Shown piece after piece: positions 36,680 to 50,360 of a DNA stretch of 64,000 bases. The stretch lies in contig NW_024704742.1 of NCBI RefSeq assembly GCF_018977255.1, forward strand, positions 90,706,001 to 90,770,000. Reading direction: 5' to 3'. Position 1 is the stretch's first letter; the number at the start of each line of letters is the position of its first letter. Under the pieces are notes generated by a model, which made no database searches, was not told the origin of the DNA, and worked only from the letters and a program-made list of their open reading frames with translations. This stretch comes from Callorhinchus milii (Eukaryota). The position numbers and the translations under genes are program-made.

Positions 36680-37971
36680 TCTATTATTAATTGTGGCAGT
36701 TTTCACAACATTATCATATTAAAACCACATCGAAAGCAAGCTGATAATTATGAGGGAGGGGAGAAGGATGGGGGGGGGTGGCGGCAGAGAACGAAGGAAG
36801 AGAAACAGTCAATAAAGTACGTCAAAGTGGTTCTTTTCATCAGCCGGCCCAGACTGCTGGGAGGTGACGAGTAGACCTATTTCCGATAGTTATTTAAATC
36901 GCCAAACACTTTATAGCACTTCCTGCAGCTTCTAGGGAACATGCCGTGTGGACCAGAGGTCTTTAAAGAAGAAGCTGCCATCTCAGCCGTCCTCACATTT
37001 AATTAACAGCCGCCGCAGCTCCCTCCCCATGACTCCCTGCATCTGTAAGGAATTCACATCCCCAAACCGCTGCTAGGAGTTGGTCCTGAAAAAAAAGCAG
37101 CTCAGCAAATCCCCTTGTGGAGCTGTGAGCCCTCGGCTGTGGCCAGGAATTTCCTTTGGGGAGAAAGTGTGCAAAGTGAAGCTGCAAACCTTTCCCCTCA
37201 CCAATCCTTTCATGTCTTGTTGAAAATAAACGCTTTTAAGAAAGGTTATCTGGAACGTTGTTTTTGAAACACAACCTGAGAGAGAGAAGGCAATTCTCAA
37301 GTTAGAAAATGCAATAAGTTCAGCCTGTGCTGCAGTAAACAGGCTTGCATTGGTGATCCTCCTCCCCCCCAACCTAGGGTGTCCAGTCGATCCATTCCTC
37401 TATCAGGGGAACTATTTCCACGACACAACTTCCAGTATCCAATTTGCAAATCAGTTGAGTTAATTTAAAATGGTAAATAGTGGTTTTGATTCAGACAGTG
37501 ATTTACACAGTGAGTGTCTGGTATTCAGAGGTCATGATGCAGTTCTAGCTGAGTGAAGCTGTCACAGATCACATTGTCGTTGCAAAATCATTATTTTAAA
37601 ATGCACTGTGCACTTTCACAGTACTGTGAAGGGGCAGGGCACCCTTTTTTTGGCAACAGCTGAAGTACAATGCGAACTTGAATGTGTTCCCATTACAGAT
37701 CCTCCAGTTCAGGGACAAGAAGGACCAAGCCAGCCCCAATCCATGTTTGTTCACAATCCATCTATTCACAAGCAAGGGAAAAATTCTATGCTGGGGGATA
37801 ATTTATATAACAACCATCCCAAAGCTTTATAGGGTTGGTCTTCATTGGCCTGGAGCGTGAACTGACTGGTGCAGACTTGCATTCAGCTGTTGCTCGTGTC
37901 TGCCACAAACATTAGTAACACAGCCTGTCAGAACCACAGGTCCCTAGTTTGCTGTCAGAACCACAGGTCCC

Positions 37972-38060
37972 CAGCTCTGTTCCCTCTAATTTTTTTCAGC
38001 CATTAGCGGAATGAATTTGGGTTTGTGCACGATATAAAGGCTGTGTGCGCCACCGTAAGA
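37972..38060 (+). mobile_element. Possible hAT-like DNA transposon terminus
   Basis: ctgttccctctaatttttt...gctgtgtgcgc resembles hAT ends as I recall them; no partner end was found. Confidence 0.3.
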
Positions 38061-38944
38061 AAAGATCAAAACTTTGAATAGAACATCTTTTTAGAAAACA
38101 TTATTCAGGGTGTATAACAAATAGAACAAATGTACAAAATAATGGATAAGATATTTAATTAAACAAAACTGATTATAGAAATTTCAGAAGTAAACACTGC
38201 CACCAAAGAAAACATTCCCCAGTCTGCTGCCAGAACCATTCTATAATCGACCTGAAGTTGTTCACCAGGCAGAGGAGTACCATTGTGTTGGATCTTTTGT
38301 AACCATCCCCCTGCCCCATTAATCTCCTCCCCCCACCCTCCATTAACCTCCTCCCCCCATTTTTACCTGCAGAAATCTGACAATAGCAGAGTTTTCCACC
38401 TCACCGGGTGGTCGATGACCGATTGTACTTGCAACAGCAACAACTTGAATTCATATAGATAGCCCTTATATAAGCTAGCGTCCAGGAACGCATTCCCTGA
38501 TACGTGTCAAGTATCCCTGAGATTCAAAGCCAGAGCAATAGCTGAGAGGCAGGAGCAGAACCTGTACTTAGGCTGCCCTTTGACAAAATATGTGATTAAT
38601 GCTCCGTTCACAGTACTGTGCATACTGTCCTGCACAACAGTAATTCAGTGAAGTTGCCTGTGTTTGTCCCCCACCTCAACCACCAATAAATAGTTCAACC
38701 AATTTATAACAAGACTCTGATGTTGGGCTGATACCGCCCTCCTCAACAACAACATGAACTGATTTAGCACTTTTCGTGTAGAAAACATCTCAAAACACTT
38801 CATGGAGATGCAATGGGAACCCAAGCAGGGCAGGAGATAGGGAGGATGAGATGGAGGTGGACAAAGGCACAGTGCAATGAGATATATTTCTAATCCTAAA
38901 CTTGCTGGTTCTGTGGCACTTACATTTTGATAGCAGGGTGTCAT

Positions 38945-39625
38945 AGGTGTCAACCTGGTTTAGTTGGTAGCATTCTTACGTCTGAATCAGAAAGTTGTGA
39001 GGTCACCATCTAGGCTGATACTCTAATGTCTACTAGGTGGGGAGTTGGGGTGTGCTCTGGAGAACTCAGGTCCTATCTACATGTTCAGCTGGACTTTAAA
39101 GATCCTCTTGGCACTATTTGAAAACAAGGGAGTATCTCACCAAATTTTTAATTTGGTGGATTGTCCTAGCTAACAATCCAGCAAAATTAAACATTTGGCC
39201 ATTCACTTCATGACTGTTTGTGGGACATTGGCAAAAGAACCAGAGGGAAGATGAGGAGACATTTTTTACACAGCGAGTTGTTATGATCTGGAATGCACTG
39301 CCTGAAAGAGTGGTGGAAGCAGATTCAATAATAACTTTCAACAGGGAATTGGATATTTACTTGAAAAAAAGGCTATGGGGAGAGAGCGAGGGTTGGGACT
39401 AATTGGATAGTTTTATCAGTTTTATCAAAGAGCCGGCACAGGTATGATGGGACAAATGACCTTCTTCTGTGCTGTAGGCTTCTATGATTCTATTGCAGTG
39501 TGCAAATTGACTGGCATGTTTACCTACAAATACACAGTCACTACATTTTACAAAAATCCAATGAAGCACTTTCAGATGTTTCAACAGTGCGATAAGATGT
39601 TATATCAAATACAAGGATTGTTATT
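38945..39625 (+). mobile_element. DeuSINE-type SINE interrupted by CR1
   Basis: Head gtcaacctggtttagttggtagca; core split at gggacattg|...|attgcagtgtgcaaattg. Confidence 0.8.
39231..39491 (+). mobile_element. CR1 LINE 3' end
   Basis: Encodes FFTQRVVMIWNALPERVVEADSIITFNRELDIYL (CR1 ORF2 C-terminus) and ends in ttctatgattctat octamer repeats. Confidence 0.9.
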
Positions 39626-42600
39626 CTTTGCAAAATGCATCATTTTGAATCCAAAAGTCTGCAATGTGTGAACCCCCAACTCACCTTCAGATTTCAATAT
39701 TCATAATTTGAGTTGCAAATACAGTTTGTGAATATTGTAATTAGACACTATCAGGTTCTGACAACTGTCATTTGATGATTAAGGGCAAAAGAGCTTCAAT
39801 ACATTGATAAAATAGAAGTTGTTTCATAATCTGGCAAGAATCATAATCATAATCTTCTCACAGCCTTAAGGAACAGAACTATAGATTGAGACATCCTCCC
39901 GACAAGAAAGGCAATATGCAAATACAATTTGTTGTTGTTGTTATGGATTGCTTCTATAGACTGTAGTCAGGTCCATAGGTACATTCCTGTACAAAGGGGG
40001 CCAACACGGCAGGTTGACCATGAGTAACATAAATGATGGTCCAAAATGAGTTTAAAAGCACGTAGCCAGCTCCAGCACCCTATATCTTTGCCAGCTGTAA
40101 GTCTGCTCCAAAGAAATACATGAACTTGTGCCACACTTTTGTTCCTGCCCATTTTGTAATTCAAGGCATATTTCATTTTTAAATAATAACAATCGCCACA
40201 AAGACTGGGCAATTTGTAACATTTTATTGGTTTGGCTACTGGAGTCTCATCTAAAATTGGAACGTAGGCTTCTTTACTAAAATGTGCTATGGGTTATCTG
40301 ACGATCTCTTGCCTTTCTCCATGTTTTCCCTTGTTTTGTATTTTTCTCTTCCCCTTACTGTCTTATCGCTCTTCTATTTAATTGCATTGTTATCTCTCTT
40401 CCCCCCACCCACCCCATCTCGCTATGTTGTCTCTTTTCTCTCTTCTGCCTCTTTTTATTATTTGTCTTTTTTCTACCTTGCTTCACCAGGTCCAGCTATC
40501 ATAGTTCTGTTTCTTATTTCTCTTAAATGACCTTTGCCTGTTATTTCTCTTCTCTATATCACTTCCATGTTTCTCTCCTTCCTCCCTTTATATTGTTTCT
40601 CGTTTCTCTCGTTTTCTTTTTACGGAGAAATTTGTAGCAATTCATTACCAAACACCACCCGTTTCACCCTTTGTCTTGTTATCTGTTTCACAGATGTGGT
40701 GTCTTTAATGGCCAGACTGCAGAAACGTAAAACCTCTCTGCCATTCCCGTGTCTGTATTCATGTTCTGTCGTGTTATTTCCTGTTTCTGCACTTTTTAAA
40801 AGCCTCGGGATCAAATCTACAAGTTAAAATGACATTGTCAGGGTGAAGGGAAGTGGTGGAAGCTACTTAAACCTAAGTTACATTTGTCACCAGTGAGTAA
40901 CTTTTAAAAAATGTATTAGATAAGTATGGGGGAGAGCAGTTTCCAGCTGCAGGGGATTAGCTGCACTCAGTGGGTCTGAGACCTTGGAATGCATTCAGAT
41001 GCACCAGGGGGATTTCTGTCCCTTGCTGTTGGCCTTAGCATTAATGCAACACAGACGATTAAGAACAGGCCTGCCCACACTGGTGTCACCTGCTCTTGGT
41101 TGTGGAGCTGCCTGGAGCACTGAAATGAAATGCTGAGGTAGGAATGGGGCCCAGGAGCCCCACGCTCAAGTTGTGTTCCTTTCATACGGCTGCTGGAGAG
41201 CTGTGAATTGTGATACGCTTTAATGGCGTTTTAAAGCTGCTAATCCTTAATCAGACAAAAGCAAAGCATGTTCTGGACTTTCAACCAAAGCACTAGTTAT
41301 TCTGTTAATGTCAACATCCCCGACCCAGCCTTGCTTAGTGTAAGTATTGTATTTTTGTGTAATTTATTTTATCCCCTTCCCATCTTCTTGCATTGTTTTG
41401 CTGCCCTCTGGGCTAAGTAGCCGATCGACTGCTGCAGATGTTCTACAACTGGCTGCCAAAACCTTCCAGCCTTTACCTCCCTCTCCTGTCATTCCTCCCA
41501 CCGACCCACCTTGTGGCAAAACATCTGTCCTCCACGGTGCCTCTCCTTGAAGCGATGCCTGAGAACCAGAGCTCCCCATGTGGCGAATCACTCTTTCAAA
41601 CACATGACAAAGTAAACCCACTAAATGTGCCTCCAGTACTTGAGACAAGTTTCATGCAGTTTCTACACAAGCGTGGCTTCATGCTGCGTAAACAGTTTTA
41701 TACAAACCCTAAAATAAGGCAACAGTTTCTCCAGCGCTTCCAGCAACTGATTTATGGGAAGCAGCTTTTGCTTTTAAAAAAGATTGCAAACTGGTGACAT
41801 GGCTTGTGTTTTGGGTTGTGTATGGTGACGGGAGTGAATTTTTTTGGTACAGTATCAGGCTCAATATTATAGCATCCCTAAACACATACCATTTTGTGTT
41901 CCTTACTTAAAGGAATAGCAGTAAAATGTGTTTTGAAATTCCCCCATTCCCCTGTACATGGCTATGCTGAGGTAGAGGTAAAGGGATTTGTATTGTCAGT
42001 GACAGATTGTGCGAATAAACCTGTAGGAGGGTGTCCACGTGCCAACACCTCCCCAGGCCTGACATTTCACTTTGTCTTGGCCTTTGAAACAAATTTTCGC
42101 CTTAAATTTTGAGATGCTGCCAAATCATGAAAAAAATCTTAAATTCAGATCTAATTTAGAAACTGGTCATCTCTAGTTCTTAGAGAAAATTAATAGTGAA
42201 TTTAAGAGTTTTGCAGTTTTGCCCAATCTTAAATCTTTTGACTAAATATAGGCTAAGACTAGGTGGAATTTTGAATACCTTGCTCCAGACAACTCCTGTG
42301 TATTGTCTGTTCTCTCTGTCTCTCTCTCTCCTTTCACCTCTTCTGTCAGTGTAAATTGATAGGAATTTTCATTTAAGTGAATTTAAACTGAAGAGGCAGC
42401 TAAATAATTTCCAATCTTTAACAAATGGAATTGTTCCGTATGGAAAACATAATACATGTGAGTCTGACTCCTGTTGGTGCAAAGGTCAAAGTGTTAATTA
42501 AACTCTTTAAACTCTACAATTGCTGTAAATAGGAAATATCAATTTTCTAAAAACTTTTTTGGGGTGTGTGTTTTATCACGCTGCTCTGGGAGTTTTTTAT

Positions 42601-43074
42601 TGTGCTTTTCTACACTCTGCAGAAGAGCGCTGAGAGCACAGACAGTTAGTCACATATATCCAAGGATTCACTGTACACAGTGTGCTCAGTGCTGAAAAAG
42701 TCGCTGGCTTCTTAACCATTGTAATCTGCGCAACAGCCACATCCAAAGAACTTGGGTAATTCTCTGATTTGCAGTAAATGTACTGACCTTGGCAGTGGGA
42801 GCTTAGAAAGCAATACCCTATCTTAGGCTCCTGCGGTTCAAGGTCAGTCATGTTTCCGACCGGTGGAGAATAACATGTGTTCGGTCGGCAAAGATTTTTG
42901 TGTCAATGGAGAATCCTCCACCCTCAGATATTTTATATGCAAAGTTCAATAACTCTGTTTCCCCCCACATTCAATGTTGGTTTTCAGTAGTTTATCACTC
43001 CCATGAACCATGGGTATGCCATTTCTGGGAAACTGGACAGTCTGGCGTGGTTTACTGAGAGCAAACTGTGCACG

Positions 43075-43520
43075 TGTCAGCCTGGCTCAGTTGGTAGCAC
43101 TCTCACCTCTGAATCAGAAAGTTGTGGCTTCAAGCATTACATCGAGACTTGGAATCACATACTCTAAGATGACACTCCAATGGAGTGCTGGAGGGATGTT
43201 GCATTGTTGGAGGTGCTGTCTTTCGAATAAGAAGTTAAACCAAGGTCCCATATGTCTGTGGCAGATGGACGTTAAAGATCCCATGGTACTACATGGTACT
43301 ATAAAGAGAACGGAGTTTCTCCCAGTGTCCCAGCTAACAATCCTCCAAATAAAATTAGCCATTCACTTCATGGTTGTTTGTGGGACATTCCCTACAAAAT
43401 ACACGAAACATCCTCCTGATGTGAAAGGCATGAAAGTGTAATTTGTTGTTATTGTGAAGAACTTTGAGATGTCCCTCTGGTGTGAGACTATATTAAATGT
43501 AAAGATTATTATTATTATTA
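43075..43520 (+). mobile_element. Near full-length DeuSINE-type (SacSINE1-like) SINE
   Basis: tRNA-like head ggctcagttggtagcactctcacctctga; Deu domain gaggtgctgtctttcg...ttaaaccaaggtccc...gacgttaaagatcccatgg. Confidence 0.82.
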
Positions 43521-45239
43521 TCATCTGCACAGAGCTCGCTCTTTGCTTCAGAGTGTGTGGTATCTCTTCACGCAGTGGTGTGTTTTCAGTGCCGGGGCAG
43601 TACATTTTGTCCTGATGTGTACTCAACTCTGTTAGAAGGGACGAACATAATAACACAAAAGTACACTTAAGTTAAGAGTCATCGTGGGCCCATTGTGTGT
43701 GGGCACCACTAGAGGTCATGCAGATTTGACTTTTAGTTTTCACAGAATACGGTTCTCTTGGGCCTGTTGCAAAGCCCAGTATTTTGCCGTCCACTCGTAT
43801 TCTCTACAACAAATACTGTGTCTGAAGCAAGTCAAGGGTAGCATTTTTTACAATTAATCTTTTCGTGAGTGGACTGTTTTGCTTAAAATGCATGTCTGCT
43901 CTAATTGGTGGGAGGTAGTGTGAAATAAGTTTTTGCACATGCTGACGTCCCCCCAAAAAGTTTTTTGATTTGTTTGAAGCAATGCATCTGAGGTGTGATC
44001 GGCTGTAATTATTATTATTACTAACATGTTTTGGCTGACAGCTCGAGCCACTTTAACTTGACCAAACAATTTAAGATCTAATCTGATCTAATCTCTCAAC
44101 CTTGGTGCCCTGGCACGAGAATAACCACTCCAAAAGGTTCATTTTTTTACAATCTACTGCATAATGATATACAAAAAAAACACTCCCATACTCGCTTTGT
44201 ACTTTCCCCATCGGAGCCTGGCTCTGTTGGTTTCTTCAAAAATCTCTCCCACTTGGCAGCAGAAACAAAGTTGCTGCTGTTCAGATGCTAGCGTGCATGC
44301 TGTCAGGGCCAGGCGTGGTGCCTGAATGTGGGTGATGCTTGTCATAACAGGTATGGCTCTCAACCTATTGAGCAGTGACGAGATGTGACAGCCCAAAACT
44401 GACGTGCCTGAGGGGCAGTCAATCAACACTCCCACATTGGGCGACAAGCAAAGCTAAACATCGTGTTGCAACAGCCTTCCAGCTACAGATAAAAAAGGAA
44501 AATGCACTCGCACTGGAAAGTCACAGTGTCCCCTCCAACTGGCTTCCCCTTCGGGGGAAAACATTCTAAAGCCTCAATACCCCCTTCTTAATGACCTCAA
44601 CAGAGATTCAGAACCAAAGAGAGCAACTATATGGCCCATACTTCCTCAAAGCAAATAGAATACTACAGCACAGTGCGTTCTCCTGACCAAAATTGCTATA
44701 ACTAGGAATTTGCCTTCTTGCTGGAACTGATTGACCTCAAACTGCGTGCCTTGTGGTAAATTCCTCTGCAGCCACTTGCTGCAGTAATCTGCAAAATTTA
44801 GCACTACCGTTTTTCTTCATTTAATTACAACCACAACATACTGTTAGGAGCTGATGGGTACTTCAATGGGAAACATCAAGTTATAGTCTACGTGGCGTAT
44901 CAGCTTAGTTTCACCCTTTATTAGCACATTAGGAGGCTCTTGATGTGTCGCTCCCTATCATTGACTCTGGTCAGAGATGCAAGGATGGTTTGTGCTGGTT
45001 GGTTAACAGGGAAGTCCACAGGGTGCAGGGTTGAGCTGGGGCTAAGCTTTGGGAAATGAAATGATGGCAGAGGCTCATGTTAGATGATTTATCAATGCAA
45101 TGGAATCGAATAAACGTCAATTCACAACTGGATTCCCTCGTAGTGACTCAAGTCACCTTTGGTTAATCCATCCAGTAACAGGAAGTGGGTCATGATGGGG
45201 ACCATCTACCTCCAGCACTTCAAGGAAAGGTCACAGGTT

Positions 45240-46112
45240 TACACAAGAGGTTCAGATGAAGAAGGCTTTTCAGTCCACTTGATCTCATCCTTCCAGAATA
45301 TGCACCGTCCGTCTTCCCATCACAGCATCAAACTGTTTTTAAGTGTTTCATTCACCCTTCCTGGTAACCCATTCTTTACCCTACAGGTATGGAAATACTT
45401 CCTGGTGTCTGTCCTGAAATTGTTCTTTGCAACCCCAAAATTGATCTTGTGCTGACATGGCTCATTTTAAAGTATTAGCCTGGGTTTGCTTTGGAGTTCT
45501 GCAGCCTATTGCCATGGAGTCCTGGTTAAGACACTCACCTCGCAAGTGAGAGGACCTGGGTTTGATTTCCAGGCAGGGCGAAACGTTAGGCAAGTTTCCT
45601 TACTCCATATGTCTTTGTTTTCGTAGCAGTAAATAGGAACCTGGTTGTTAGTCGATTGGTGGATCGCTTTTCTGTGGGTAATAATCCCCTCAAAAANTAA
45701 TGTGCTCACTCAATCTACGACTATCTGTGGAACACTGCTGTGTGCAATTGGCTGTTGAGTTTTGCCCACAAAATATACAGTCAAATTCACTTTACAGTAT
45801 ATTCTGTGAAGAGCTTTGAGACCTCTCAAGACATAATAAGGCACTATATCAAATGTAAGGATTATTATAATTATTGATTATTTGCTTTCTCAATCCCATT
45901 TTAAATTTTCTACACCTCTGTAAGGTTCTCACTGAGATGCCTCCTTTCAAGCCCTATCTAATTGCTCATCAGAGCTCATTTCTTTAACACTGGGGATTAT
46001 CCTTGCTCCTCTCCTCTGTACTGCCTCTTGGGTTTGGACAACCCCCTTTATGTCATGATGACCAGAACTGTAGGTGGTACTCTAAGTGTGGCCTAACCAG
46101 AGCATTCTACAG
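45240..46112 (-). mobile_element. Ancient CR1 3' region interrupted by a SINE
   Basis: Minus strand at 46060-46110 reads ALVRPHLEY..QFWS; terminal motif at 45240-45340. Confidence 0.7.
45493..45880 (+). mobile_element. Long-form tRNA SINE with an 8-bp target-site duplication
   Basis: tttgcttt at 45485-45492 and 45881-45888. Confidence 0.85.
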
Positions 46113-46596
46113 TTGTGTGACAATTGGCATTCAAACTCAACTGAATCAGCAATATAGCCCCCTCCAACGTATGGTCAGAGCTTTGCAATGTCAGTTTCAG
46201 ATTCCTGCACAATATTGAATCTCATTTTTTTCTGTCTGTCTCAAAGTGGAATGTGGCCCTAACTTGGATTTACACTGCAATAAATTCAAGTGTGCCCTGG
46301 GGACTACAATACAAATAAGAGGGTGCAAGTCCCCATCTGACATGGCATTTACACAACTCTTGTTACCAGCAAGTGTGCTATGTCCACTCAGGTCCACGGG
46401 TTGTATAAATATCACATCCCAACAGGGCTGCATGGGATTCTGTTTAAACGATGGCCTGTGATCCTCAGGAAAAAAAAAGTTTTACACTGCAAGAAATATT
46501 GACCTGATATTTGCGCTTGGAATATGGTAGCTGCTCCCTCTGGTGCAGCCAGTGTGCTGGCACTTGGAGCTTGGGCTCTGCGATCAACAGATAAAA

Positions 46597-47070
46597 TAAT
46601 AAATAATAATCCTTGATATAAAAGGACATCAGGCGAACATCTCAAACTGCTTCACATGATTCACTGTAAAGTGTAGTGACAAACTATTTTGTAGGTGAAT
46701 GCACAGCCAATTTACACACAGCAATATCCCACAAACAATCAGGAAGTGAGTGACCAATTTTACCTGGGGATTGATGACCAGGATACCGGGAGGAATTCCT
46801 TTCATGGATGGAACAAGACGGGCCAAGTGGGAAAGAAAGAAGCCACATTTTATAGTGAGTTTTCTCCTGGTGTCTTTTCCAACAATCCTCAAATAAATCC
46901 TTTGGCCATTTGTTTCATGGCTGTTTGTGGGACTTTGCTGTGTGCAAGTAGGCAGCCGCATGTGTCTACAAATACAGTCACATGACTTAACAGTAAAATG
47001 CTGTGAAGCACTTTGAGACATCCCAATGTGATGGGCACTTTACCAATTGCAGGCAATATTGAGGATTATT
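46597..47070. mobile_element. Two DeuSINE 3' halves in inverted, head-to-head orientation
   Basis: 46597-46800 on minus and about 46855-47070 on plus; both carry the tgtttgtggga..ttgctgtgtg core. Confidence 0.7.
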
Positions 47071-48054
47071 ATATAACTATATAATATAAAACCTATGATA
47101 AAGTATACAATAATATGCAATTATAATTGACTTATTATATAATAGCGCGCACTTCTAATGTTACATTGTACTTCTTAGACTTCCACTACAATTTAACCTA
47201 ATATCTGTGTAAACACTGGACAATTCATCAAATTGAAAACTTTACATCAGAGCCAAAAAATCAATATAAAACTGAAGTTAAAAAGCTGTTCGAGTGGCTA
47301 GAATTTTAAAAAATTCCACTGTGCATTTATATAAAAAAATGGCAATCCAGCATTGAATAACCTGGAGGGAGAAACCATTCTGTAGTAGTTAGAGGATTAT
47401 TCAGCCCAAAACTATTTGTTAAATTTCTCCCCCCCACATCCCCATTTCACTCCTGCCACCTTCAGACAGTCTGCCTCTTCACTGAAGTCGGAATTATAGC
47501 TCGCTCTGCAGAACACATTGGTAATGTTTAACTGTTTAACAGCAAAGCTTTCTTTGTGCAAGTTCCTTTTTACACCTGCTTTTCATCAAAAGTGATGAAT
47601 TGGATGGTGTAATTGGCATGGCCGGTCCCCATCAGTGATCAGTCAAGCAGTGATTGCTGTCTGGGCATAAGCCCCTCTCATCAGCATAGACGTCTCCCCA
47701 TTGAGTCCAAATGGAAAGTGGGGGCGGGGGGGAATCCACACATTTATATTATATTTCATTGGAAGTCACTGTACTTTGTTTTTATTCTATTCACATTTAT
47801 ATTGTTCTTTTCCTCTTACATCCCTCCCCAGCTCAGTAGCTGACATTGTCTCTGTGTAGGGCTTCAAGACATTACCCAGCGTGCAAGACGTTAAATAACT
47901 GCAAGGTGTTTCTCAATTGCCCCCAGAGTAATTCATAATTATTCTTATACTGTAAATAATGAAACATGCTGAATAGGCCTATTTTAATCTAATGTTAATC
48001 TATTATTGGATAATTTAGTGTCAAGTCACCCAGGTTTTACAAGGATTTTTATTC

Positions 48055-48560
48055 ACAACAATTTACCTAGCGCCTTTCACGTACAGCAGCATGTTAGGAG
48101 GATGTCTCAAAGCATTTCACAAGACTGACTGGGAGCCTGAGCTGGTGTGTGTGTGTGGGTGAGGTGAGAAAGAGAGGAGAAAGATGGTTGAAAGCAGTTT
48201 TACGATGGGTTTTGAAGACTGAGAGGAAGGGGACAAGGTGGAGGGACACTGGATGTAATTCAGTGTGGCAGAGTAGAGGTCCTAAAGTGGAGCAGAGCAG
48301 ATATGAAGTGGGCTGTTATTTTTGCTGAGTGGAGGTTGTGCGCTCACTGGTGGGGTGACACCAAAGAGCTATTTGAATGTAATGACAAGGATCTTGAATT
48401 AAATCCGCTGGGGGATGGTGAGCCAGTGGAGTTCAGTGAGGACAGAGGTGACATGTGTAACTTGTGCAGGAAAAGCCACTGGGTGGAGAGTTCTGGATGG
48501 TCTACAGTTTGTGTAGAGAGGAGCTGGGAAGCGTGGCAATGCAATGATTCAATCAGAGTG
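48055..48560 (-). mobile_element. Old L2 3' fragment
   Basis: Tail at 48055-48120; aaggatcttgaattaaatccgctgggggatggtgagccagtggag encodes LHWL.IPQRI.FKIL on the minus strand. Confidence 0.75.
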
Positions 48561-49099
48561 TGATGAAGATGTAGATGATGGTCTCTGGGGGAGAGCTAGT
48601 TGTGGTGGTGTGGCAGGGGGGATGTTGCGGAGGTGAAGTAAGCAAATCTAGTGAGAGACCAGATGTAAGGTTTAATCTTTTAAAGAAGATATTGGAGTGA
48701 ATATGTGTGTGAGGTTGTATGCAAAAGTGAGTGTCTGTGTGAGGGTGTGTGGGGGTGAGGGTTTTTTGTGTGGATGAGTGTGTGTATATGTGAGACAGTG
48801 TGTGTGTATGTGTGGTGGAGGGGGAGGGTTGGTGACGTGAACTGGAGCTGATCATCTTGGCAATTGCAGTTGACGACAACAAAAACCTTACCAACTTGCA
48901 TTTATATAGCGCCCCTCATGCCGGACTGTGTCTCTGAGCGCTTTTTGACATTTTTGCAGTGTTCATCTGCTGTTAGTGCTTATCAGCAAAGCTACTGAGC
49001 TTCGTGATGAGATGATTGTTTGGTCCATTTTTTCTTTCCATCCTAACAGTTTTATATTCCCCCTCCCACTCTGTTTGTTACATTGCATTTCTTCTCTCT

Positions 49100-49270
49100 T
49101 CCACTCCCCCACCCCCAATTCCCATAACCGACAGGAGACTCGGGACCAACATTCATATTAGGAGAAGTGTTACCATGTGGCAGCACTATGGTAACACTTC
49201 TCCTAATCCAAAGCAGCAGAAGATGAGCTCGAACCAGGAACTGTGACTGTAGAGCAACATGGTGCCTATT
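49100..49270 (-). mobile_element. MER131-like ancient SINE relic with a central perfect palindrome
   Basis: Minus-strand B box ggttcgagctc precedes the 20-bp inverted repeat 49157-49176 / 49188-49207. Family name is from recalled consensus. Confidence 0.55.
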
Positions 49271-49699
49271 GCAGGCGTTTTATATAAGTTATTGTTGTTA
49301 TTGTTGTTGTCTTGCAGAGGTAAAAGAAAGTAGAGCTAGTGACAGACCAGGTGGTAGTTTTCATCTTTTAAAGCAGATATTGAGAGGGTGTGAGAGAGAG
49401 ACTTTGTATGTGTGTAATTGTGTAATCAGCAATAATCTAACAGAATGGCAGATCAGGCTCGCGGGGCTGAATGGCCTACTCCTATTTCTATGTTCCAATG
49501 TGTGAGTGTGTATGTGAGTGAGTGTGTGTGTGTTTCAGAGAGTTGTAGTTGTTATCTTCTGTCAGAACGCCCATGCTGGCTTCATTGAACATTGTTTCAT
49601 GCACTCAAAACCATGCATCTTTCTGTGAACACTCAGGTGAAGAAAGGAAACGACAACAACAAAAACAAAGCAAATTTGTGCTTCATTGTGCAGTCGAAC

Positions 49700-50360
49700 T
49701 TCATTAATCCAAACTCACAAGGGCTGCCAAGGTAGCCAACCCTACTTATCAGGGCTGCATCTTATCAAGCGGCTGATCTCGTCTGCTGACTGAAATGTGG
49801 ATTGAGTCAGGGCTGAGGAAAACAAGTTTTCTGCAGCGGGAGCATTGCGAGATCGGAGTATGATTTAGTGAGGTATGACTGGAGTCACAATTGTTTTTTA
49901 TATAATGAAAAACAGCTGTAATTGGAACGATGAGGTCCTGGGGACAGCAGCAAGCAGACGCTGGTACACAGTGCAGGGCAGCGCTCAGCACATCTACTAA
50001 ACCCACAAAGAAGTTTATGCTTCACCCGCCCCGAGCCCCTCTAAATCAAACAATACAGCACATCCGTCTCCTTGTATCAGCCGCCTTCACTGAGCAGCTT
50101 AAATGCAGTGTTTAATTCATAAAGTCAAACAAAGTTATCCATTAAATCGGCCGCTGCCTTCTCTAATTAAAGAGGCTGATGGCGTTTGATCGTTGGTGCG
50201 GTCACTGGGTTGCAGAAAGGATTCCGTAATTGTTTTACAATTGTTCGAGTGGACAAATGGTTTCTCTGCTCAATTTACCCAGAACAATGGTGTCCCTCCA
50301 GCTGGTGATTTAGGGGACCTCCAGCAGCCGAAGTGTTAATGATTGCAGTGTTTAGCTCTA
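49700..50360. promoter_or_regulatory. Candidate enhancer or conserved non-coding element
   Basis: Transposon-free with retained CpG; clustered taatta and attaaa, aacaaag and aacaat (Sox-like), and tttgat (TCF-like) motifs. Confidence 0.3.

Noticed and set aside
36434-36874. 146-aa ORF with near-identical copies at 6566 and 19048
   Set aside because: Translation of SINE sequence, not a gene family.
33518-45698. Single N bases near 33518 and 45698
   Set aside because: Assembly ambiguities in homopolymer runs.
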